Notes under the pieces: generated by a model
Databases searched by the model: none
What the model saw: the letters and a program-made list of their open reading frames with translations, nothing else
What the model was told of the DNA's origin: nothing
Part shown: piece by piece, positions 24,456 to 32,000 of the stretch
Numbering within the stretch: the first letter of the stretch is position 1
Layout of the letters: each line of letters starts with the position of its first letter
NCBI RefSeq assembly: GCF_000020025.1
Contig: NC_010628.1
Span: forward strand, 4,380,001-4,412,000
DNA length: 32,000 nt
From: Nostoc punctiforme PCC 73102
Lineage (GTDB): Bacteria; Cyanobacteriota; Cyanobacteriia; Cyanobacteriales; Nostocaceae
Direction of reading: 5' to 3'
Made by a program: the position numbers and the translations under genes

Positions 24456-26150
24456 CTATTTGCTAAAGCTATAGATTTGCTGCTTTTCTAGGCGATCGCT
24501 AATTGATGAAGGCAGTGTACCATCTGCGAATGTCTGCCGATCCAGTTGCACTTGTAAATTACTCAAGGGATCGCAACCAGAGGAAATCAGAAATTCTAGT
24601 TTCTGGATGTATGGCAAGGTTGCGAGGTTATCCAGAATTTGGAAGATAGCCTGTATATAAGGATGGCCGCTTTGTTGATACCAATCACAGCCAGCAACTT
24701 TTGCTTGATCAAAACCCAAGTGTACTGTCAAAGATGGCTCGTCAAATATAGCGATCGCTAACGGACGCGCTTCTTCTTGCAACAATAAATCATTACTTTT
24801 CGCTAAATGTCGCAGTTTTTCTAAGCGTTCATAACGTTCTGTCACAGCTTCCGGGTCATCTTGCCAATGGATTGCTACTGTCACCAGATAAGTCTGTAAC
24901 AGCATGTGACCCAGCTTTTTCGCCTTTGTCGCCAGGTAATAAGAATTGTAGTCAGTCGCCTCGATCAATAACGGCAAGCGATCGACTACTTCCAATCCAT
25001 AGCCCTTAACTCCAGCAATTTTACGAGGATTATTTGTAATTAGACGAATCTTTTTGATGCCCAAATCCATCAGCATTTGTGCGCCCATCCCGTAGTCTCG
25101 CAAGTCAGCAGGAAATCCCAAACGCTCATTTGCTTCAACTGTATCTAGTCCCATATCCTGCAATGAGTAGGCTTTTAGCTTGTTAATCAAGCCGATGCCC
25201 CGTCCTTCTTGACGCAGGTATACAACTACACCTTGACCTGCAGCCTCAATCATCTTCAGTGCAGCTTCCAACTGCATTCGACAATCGCAGCGCAAAGAAC
25301 CCAAAGCATCACCAGTTAAGCATTCTGAGTGCATCCGCACCATTACTGGCTCATCTTTGAAGTTATCTGGATCGCCCTTGACAATTGCAACGTGTTCTGT
25401 ATTATCCAGGGTATGGCGGTAGGCGTAAATTTCAAACTGGCCAAATTGACTAGGCAGCTTGGTAATCACCTCACGATACACCAGGCGATCGTGCTGTAGG
25501 CGATAGCTGATTAAATCTGCAATACTAATTATTTTTAAATTGTGACGTTTGGCATATTCAAATAACTGTTGCAACCGCGCCATTGAACCATCGGGGTTTT
25601 GAATTTCACAAATTACCCCGGCTGGATATAGCCCTGCTAGCCGAGATAAGTCTACAGCCGCTTCCGTATGCCCTGCGCGTTTGAGTACGCCCCCAGCTTT
25701 CGCCCGAATGGGGAAAATATGACCAGGACGACGTAAATCGGTAGGTTTTGTAGCTGGATTGAGAGTAACCTGGATAGTCCGGGCGCGGTCTTCTGCTGAG
25801 ATGCCAGTGGTTACACCCAATTCTGGGCCAGCATCAATGCTAACAGTGAAGGCAGTTTGGTTCGTGTCTGTAATGTTGCTTACCATCAAAGGTAAGTCTA
25901 GCTCGTCTAAGCGATCGCCTGTCATTGCCAAACAAATCAGCCCTCTAGCTTCCACCGCCATGAAATTAATCGTGTCGGGTGTCGCAAATTGGGCAGCACA
26001 AATTAAGTCGCCTTCATTTTCTCTATTTTCATCATCTACCACTACAATTACACGACCAGCTTTTAGGTCTGCTAAAGCGGCATCAATCGAATCAAATTTA
26101 AAAGCTTGGGTAGGATTAGGCTGTGACACAGAAAAATTTCCAGCTACCAA
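24456..26150 (-). CDS. ribBA: Bifunctional 3,4-dihydroxy-2-butanone-4-phosphate synthase / GTP cyclohydrolase II, with a ~150-aa C-terminal extension
   Basis: The DHBP synthase blocks are [40 protein letters not shown]. The GCH II blocks are [53 protein letters not shown] and DLRDYG. At 564 aa it is about 150 aa longer than ~400-aa RibBA proteins. Confidence 0.9.
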   Translation of the reverse strand: MVAGNFSVSQPNPTQAFKFDSIDAALADLKAGRVIVVVDDENRENEGDLICAAQFATPDTINFMAVEARGLICLAMTGDRLDELDLPLMVSNITDTNQTAFTVSIDAGPELGVTTGISAEDRARTIQVTLNPATKPTDLRRPGHIFPIRAKAGGVLKRAGHTEAAVDLSRLAGLYPAGVICEIQNPDGSMARLQQLFEYAKRHNLKIISIADLISYRLQHDRLVYREVITKLPSQFGQFEIYAYRHTLDNTEHVAIVKGDPDNFKDEPVMVRMHSECLTGDALGSLRCDCRMQLEAALKMIEAAGQGVVVYLRQEGRGIGLINKLKAYSLQDMGLDTVEANERLGFPADLRDYGMGAQMLMDLGIKKIRLITNNPRKIAGVKGYGLEVVDRLPLLIEATDYNSYYLATKAKKLGHMLLQTYLVTVAIHWQDDPEAVTERYERLEKLRHLAKSNDLLLQEEARPLAIAIFDEPSLTVHLGFDQAKVAGCDWYQQSGHPYIQAIFQILDNLATLPYIQKLEFLISSGCDPLSNLQVQLDRQTFADGTLPSSISDRLEKQQIYSFSK

Positions 26151-26462
26151 CGTAAATTTTTTTTACAATTTCTTCTTTTAGATTGTAGCTCCTTTATAAG
26201 GCAGAGAAGTAGACTAGCAATGATTTGATAACAGGGCAAAAATTTTTGCCGTTCAAAATGGGGATTTTAAAGTGCAGGGACAGCCAAAGATGAACAGAAT
26301 AAAGGGGACAAATAGAATATTTTGTAACTTCGCCGCATCCTGTTACTTTCCGTCTGAAAAAGTAGAGGGGTATATAGAAGTTTTGTACGCTATGAGTCTA
26401 GTCGCTGATATTGTTGATAGCTGAGAACGAATTAACTATTCATGGGATAAGGATTTCAGATC

Positions 26463-27521
26463 ATGGGCAAATTTAGACGCGTACCCGTTGGGATTATTGG
26501 CGCGTCGGGCTATGGCGAAGTACAGTTAGTACGGCTACTGATGGATCATCCAGAAGTCGAACTGGTTTATTTAGGCGGTGAGAGTAGTATTGGTAAATCC
26601 TTTGGGGATTTGTACCCACATCTGGCTCATACAGCTAATCTACCAATAGAAGCGGTAGAACCAGAAATAATTGCTCATCGCTGTGAAGTAGTTTTCCTGT
26701 CTTTACCAAATGGTCTGGCTTGCCAAATCGCGCCCAAACTATTAGAAAAAGGATGTAAAGTGCTGGATCTGAGCGCAGACTATCGGTTCAGTGATTTGAC
26801 AACTTATACAAATTGGTATGGCATTGAGAGAAGCGATCGCACCATTGCAGCTACAGCAGTTTATGGATTACCAGAACTTTATCGCGATCGCATTGCCGAA
26901 GCTCAACTTATTGGCTGTCCTGGTTCCTATCCGACTGCGAGTCTCCTTGCACTTTCGCCACTCTTAAAGCAAGGCTTAATCTTACCAGAAACAGCTATTA
27001 TCGATGCCAAGGCTGGCACATCTAGCGGTGGACGGCAACCTCAAACCAACTTATTACTATCTGAAGCAGATAATTCCATCGCAGCTTTCAATATCGGCCG
27101 TCACCGTCATACCCCAGAAATTGAGCAAATTTGCAGTGACTTAGCTGGTCACGAACTGATGATCCAATTTACACCCCATCTTGTCCCAATGGTACGCGGG
27201 ATTTTGGCAACGGTATATGCCAAAATGAGCGATCCTGGTCTAGTGCGAGATGACTTAATCACAATTTTCTCAGCCTTCTACCGCAACTCTCCTTGGGTAA
27301 AAGTTTGCGGTAGCGGCATTTACCCCCAAACCAAGTGGGCTAATGGCAGCAACCTTTGTTACATCGGCGTAGAAGTTGACTCGCGCACAGGTAGGGTGAT
27401 TGTCATATCGGCAATTGACAATCTAATTAAAGGGCAGGCGGGTCAAGCGATTCAATGTCTAAACCTGATGATGGGCTGGGATGAAACTTTGGGGTTGCCC
27501 AAGTTGGGGTTTTATCCATGA
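26463..27521 (+). CDS. argC: N-acetyl-gamma-glutamyl-phosphate reductase
   Basis: [18 protein letters not shown] (NAD-binding), the catalytic region [11 protein letters not shown], and the C-terminal [20 protein letters not shown]. Confidence 0.9.
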   Translation: MGKFRRVPVGIIGASGYGEVQLVRLLMDHPEVELVYLGGESSIGKSFGDLYPHLAHTANLPIEAVEPEIIAHRCEVVFLSLPNGLACQIAPKLLEKGCKVLDLSADYRFSDLTTYTNWYGIERSDRTIAATAVYGLPELYRDRIAEAQLIGCPGSYPTASLLALSPLLKQGLILPETAIIDAKAGTSSGGRQPQTNLLLSEADNSIAAFNIGRHRHTPEIEQICSDLAGHELMIQFTPHLVPMVRGILATVYAKMSDPGLVRDDLITIFSAFYRNSPWVKVCGSGIYPQTKWANGSNLCYIGVEVDSRTGRVIVISAIDNLIKGQAGQAIQCLNLMMGWDETLGLPKLGFYP

Positions 27522-27639
27522 TTGGGAATGGGGATTGGGGAATGGGGTGCTGAGTTAGGAGTTAAGAGTTTTGTTTATCTCCTTGTCCTCCCCTGCTCCC
27601 CTGCTCCTCTGCCTCCCCTGCCCCTCCACTCCCCTGCCC

Positions 27640-27640
<1 letters not shown>
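27521..27640. repeat. Heptamer-period repeat tract: a G-rich arm (ATTGGGA ATGGGGA TTGGGGA ATGGGGT) and a C-rich arm (CCCCTGC-type units) between convergent argC and eno
   Basis: The 7-bp periodicity is read directly. The arms are partly complementary (GGGGA / TCCCC runs). The 67-aa track ORF here translates only repeats. Confidence 0.6.
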
Positions 27641-28956
<1,316 letters not shown>

Positions 28957-29186
28957 TTACGCACCCAGTCTAGTTGCCTAACCCAATCGCTAGCTTATGC
29001 TGTTAAGAGACTTTATTGGCTGAGATTAAAGAAGATTTCCATTGTATGGATAGGGAACAATACCAAAAATTGGTAAGGGAATGTTAATTTAATTTTTTCC
29101 CTGATGGCATTTCTACCTGAAGACTTTCAGCTAGGTAAAATATTTGCAGAGAATAACACTAAATCAATTACACAGAAAAGGTCAAT

Positions 29187-29621
29187 ATGCGATTACTACA
29201 TACAATGCTACGGGTAGCCAATCTGGAAGAGTCGTTGAAGTTTTACTGTGAACTTTTGGGTATGAAATTACTGCGCCGAAAAGATTATCCAGGGGGAGAA
29301 TTTACCCTGGCTTTTGTGGGCTATGGTGACGAAAGCGACAACGCAGTAATTGAACTAACCTACAACTGGGGTGTAGAAAAATATGAATTGGGTAATGCTT
29401 ACGGTCACATTGCCCTTGGAGTTGATGATATTTACGCTACCTGTGAAGAAATCCGCAATCAGGGCGGTAAAGTCGTGCGCGAACCAGGGCCGATGAAACA
29501 TGGTTCGACAGTAATTGCTTTTGTGGAAGATCCAGATGGGTATAAAATTGAGCTGATTCAACTAGGATCTCAAGGTTCGGCAGCCAAAGAGGAATCACAA
29601 GAGCAACTTGTGAGTCAGTAA
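29187..29621 (+). CDS. gloA: Lactoylglutathione lyase (glyoxalase I)
   Basis: [37 protein letters not shown] and [15 protein letters not shown] are the canonical GloA pattern. A short acidic C-terminal tail follows. Confidence 0.85.
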   Translation: MRLLHTMLRVANLEESLKFYCELLGMKLLRRKDYPGGEFTLAFVGYGDESDNAVIELTYNWGVEKYELGNAYGHIALGVDDIYATCEEIRNQGGKVVREPGPMKHGSTVIAFVEDPDGYKIELIQLGSQGSAAKEESQEQLVSQ

Positions 29622-29865
29622 TTCTTATAATTAAGGATATGTAGCGCTTCTCGGTTGAAGGCAATAAAGCTGTAGGAAAATACTCACCGATGTCTTGAAA
29701 AGTTGAACCAGACGCGGGTAGATTGATTCTTCCCGCACCTGCTGTTTCATATCGGTAAACCTGAATGCGCGAGGATTTTCCCTTTTTGCCTCCCCTTTTT
29801 AGGCGGGTTAGGGGATATTATCTGCGTAAATCCTATTAGTATCCGCATTCCTAAAAGCGATACCG

Positions 29866-29986
29866 ATAGCGTAGCGTAAAGCCTGCGGCATGGCTTCTCT
29901 ACGAGACGCTACGCATAGCTCGCTTCTCCGTAGGAGTACGCTTAGAGCGGCGCAGGAGCGTCATAGCCCGTGTCGTAGGCATCGCT
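29866..29986. repeat. Cluster of at least three different short dispersed repeats
   Basis: It contains CTTCTCTACGAGACGC, ACGCATAGCTCGCTTCTCCGTAGGAGTAC (related to the 8104 and 15999 copies) and ATAGCCCGTGTCGTAGGCATCGC (related to the 22492-22536 copy). Confidence 0.6.
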
Positions 29987-30135
29987 CCAATAACATCATC
30001 TGGCAAAGTCCGCTCAGAACAGTGTTTTCGTTTTAAATTAGGAAATAGGTAGTAGATTAAACTATCACCAAATTACCATTCCTAAATTGCCACCGGAGAT
30101 ACACGCGGATATACGCTGAAATGTTTGGATAATTA

Positions 30136-30236
30136 GGGACTGGGGACTAGGCACTAGGAATTAGTGACTAGGTAAAAGTTTTTCCAATCCCCAATATCCA
30201 GTCCCCAATGCCCAATCCCTAAACTCCCTAAACTAA
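30136..30236. repeat. Two heptamer (STRR1-like) arrays in inverted orientation immediately upstream of clpB
   Basis: The left array is GGGACTG GGGACTA GGCACTA GGAATTA GTGACTA GGTAAAA (30136-30177). The right array is CCAATCC CCAATAT CCAGTCC CCAATGC CCAATCC CTAAACT... (30184-30236). GGGGACTGG and CCAGTCCCC are exact complements. Confidence 0.7.
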
Positions 30237-30261
30237 AAATCAAAATTCCAAAATTATAAAG

Positions 30262-32000
30262 ATGCAACCTACAGATCCGAATAAATTTACTGATAAAGCC
30301 TGGGAAGCAATTGTTAAATCTCAGGATATAGTCCGTGCTTATCAACAACAGCAACTAGATGTTGAACATTTAATTATTGCCCTGTTAGAAGAACCCACTA
30401 GTCTAGCAATACGTATCCTGGCTCGATCTGAGGTCGATCCAATCCGCTTTCAACAGCAGCTAGAAGCCTTTATCCAACGTCAGCCCAAAGTTGGTAAAAG
30501 CGATCAGCTTTATCTTAGCCGTAGTTTAGATGTTTTACTAGATAAAGCTGAGGAAGCTAGAGTCAGGATGAAAGACTCCTACATTTCCGTAGAACATATA
30601 CTTTTGGCTTTTGCTGAAGACGATCGCATTGGACGAAAGATCCTCAAAAGCTTTAGTGCGGACGCAGCTAAACTAGAAGCTACTATCAAAGCCGTTCGCG
30701 GTAGCCAAAAAGTAACAGATCAAAGCCCAGAATCGCGCTATGAAGCTTTACAAAAATTTGGCAGAGATTTGACAGAACAGGCAAAAGCTGGAAAACTCGA
30801 CCCGGTAATTGGGCGAGATGACGAAATTCGGCGGGTAATTCAAGTATTGTCTCGTCGGAGCAAAAATAACCCCGTCTTGATTGGTGAACCTGGGGTAGGT
30901 AAAACTGCGATCGCAGAAGCTTTGGCACAACGGATGGTAAACGGTGACGTTCCCGAATCTCTGAAAAACCGCCAACTGATCTCTTTAGACATCGGTAGTT
31001 TAATTGCTGGGGCAAAATTGCGAGGAGAATTTGAAGAACGTTTGAAAGCTGTCCTCAAAGAAGTTATGGACTCTAACGGGCAAATTGTCCTGTTTATCGA
31101 CGAACTACATACCGTAGTCGGTACGGGTTCCAGCCAACAAGGGGCAATGGATGCCGGAAATTTGCTCAAACCAATGCTGGCGCGGGGAGAACTGCGTTGT
31201 ATTGGTGCAACTACCCTCGACGAGTTCCGCAAACACATTGAGAAAGACGCTGCCCTAGAACGCCGCTTTCAGCAAGTATTTGTCGATCAGCCAAGTGTGG
31301 AAAATACTATTTCCATTCTGCGGGGGTTGAAAGAACGCTATGAAGTGCATCACAACGTCAAAATTTCTGATTCGGCTTTGGTAGCAGCAGCAACCCTGTC
31401 AGCACGTTATATTAGCGATCGCTTCTTACCAGATAAAGCAATAGATTTGGTGGATGAAGCCGCAGCACAGTTGAAAATGGAGATTACCTCCAAACCAGCA
31501 GAATTGGAAACCATCGATCGCCGCCTCATGCAGTTAGAAATGGAAAAGCTGTCATTAGCTGGCGAAGAAAAGGGTACTCCCCAAACAAAAGAGCGTTTGG
31601 AGCGCATTGAGCAAGAAATCGCCAATTTAACTGAAAAACAGCAAATATTTAATGAGCAATGGCAAGGTGAAAAGCAGATATTGGAGGCGATAAGCGCCTT
31701 AAAGAAAGAAGAAGATGCGCTGCGAGTGCAAATTGAACAGGCGGAACGCGCTTATGACCTAAATAAAGCTGCCCAACTGAAATATGGCAAATTGGAAGGA
31801 GTACAGCACGAGCGCGAAGCTAAAGAAGCCAGCCTTTTAGAAATTCAAAACCAAGGTTCCACGTTGCTGCGAGAACAAGTCACTGAAGCTGATATTGCGG
31901 AAATCGTCGCCAAATGGACAGGAATTCCCGTTAATCGCCTGTTGGAATCGGAACGGCAAAAATTACTGCAACTAGAAAGTCATTTGCATCAACGAGTCAT
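30262..32000 (+). CDS. clpB: ATP-dependent chaperone ClpB, 3'-truncated by the window edge (absent from the ORF track because no stop lies in the window)
   Basis: From ATG 30262 I translated by hand [45 protein letters not shown] (Clp N domain) and further on [37 protein letters not shown] (NBD1 Walker A). Several track ORFs on the opposite strand show that this frame stays open to base 32000. Confidence 0.9.
   Translation, partial: MQPTDPNKFTDKAWEAIVKSQDIVRAYQQQQLDVEHLIIALLEEPTSLAIRILARSEVDPIRFQQQLEAFIQRQPKVGKSDQLYLSRSLDVLLDKAEEARVRMKDSYISVEHILLAFAEDDRIGRKILKSFSADAAKLEATIKAVRGSQKVTDQSPESRYEALQKFGRDLTEQAKAGKLDPVIGRDDEIRRVIQVLSRRSKNNPVLIGEPGVGKTAIAEALAQRMVNGDVPESLKNRQLISLDIGSLIAGAKLRGEFEERLKAVLKEVMDSNGQIVLFIDELHTVVGTGSSQQGAMDAGNLLKPMLARGELRCIGATTLDEFRKHIEKDAALERRFQQVFVDQPSVENTISILRGLKERYEVHHNVKISDSALVAAATLSARYISDRFLPDKAIDLVDEAAAQLKMEITSKPAELETIDRRLMQLEMEKLSLAGEEKGTPQTKERLERIEQEIANLTEKQQIFNEQWQGEKQILEAISALKKEEDALRVQIEQAERAYDLNKAAQLKYGKLEGVQHEREAKEASLLEIQNQGSTLLREQVTEADIAEIVAKWTGIPVNRLLESERQKLLQLESHLHQRV

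Noticed and set aside
30146-30172. CIRCE-like inverted repeat (CTAGGCACT-N7-AGTGACTAG) upstream of the heat-shock gene clpB
   Set aside because: Its spacing and sequence differ from CIRCE (TTAGCACTC-N9-GAGTGCTAA). The apparent palindrome is explained by consecutive GGnACTA heptamer units of the tandem array.
30154-30354. 66-aa minus-strand ORF
   Set aside because: It is composed of heptamer-array translation and overlaps the clpB start region in antisense.
30686-31625. Four minus-strand ORFs (109, 75, 132 and 72 aa)
   Set aside because: All lie antisense within the clearly recognisable clpB coding frame (Walker A GEPGVGKT and related blocks on the + strand).

Overview
This window reads as a chromosomal segment from a filamentous Nostoc/Anabaena-type cyanobacterium. 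By eye it holds at least 25 copies of the HIP1 octamer GCGATCGC, several heptamer (STRR-like) tandem arrays in intergenic spacers, and several families of short dispersed palindromic repeats. Most of the coding content is housekeeping: gmd-fcl (GDP-fucose synthesis), 5-formyl-THF cyclo-ligase, a catalase-related protein, an orphan sugar ABC permease, a polyprenyl-phosphate sugar transferase, a Crp/Fnr regulator, a multi-pass membrane protein, a CobT-like (TIGR00303-type) protein, a PotD-like binding protein, a secreted phosphoesterase, a U32 peptidase-family protein, DUF4126, an Amidase_2 cell-wall amidase, ribBA, argC, eno, gloA and the 5' part of clpB. The ORF track misses clpB because it runs off the window end. 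I recognised no rRNA, tRNA, CRISPR array or transposase. The unusual material falls into five groups. (1) A 1356-aa protein joins an N-terminal coiled coil and a roughly 400-aa acidic S/T/Q/P-rich low-complexity region to a divergent Hsp70/actin-like ATPase. (2) At 20.7-21.7 kb a hicAB toxin-antitoxin cassette sits between two perfect 79-bp direct repeats exactly 700 bp apart. Each repeat starts and ends in HIP1, and the repeat duplicates the start codon and upstream region of the U32 gene. The second copy abuts an orphan internal fragment of metH at a HIP1 site. (3) Dispersed repeats lie in frame inside two long genes. (4) A small gene is split by a 92-bp MITE-like element with 12-bp terminal inverted repeats and a 6-bp target duplication. 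(5) A 21-bp-period array carries CTTTGA/TCAAAG cores. No multi-gene novel system is evident. Family assignments come from motif recognition by eye, not database searches.
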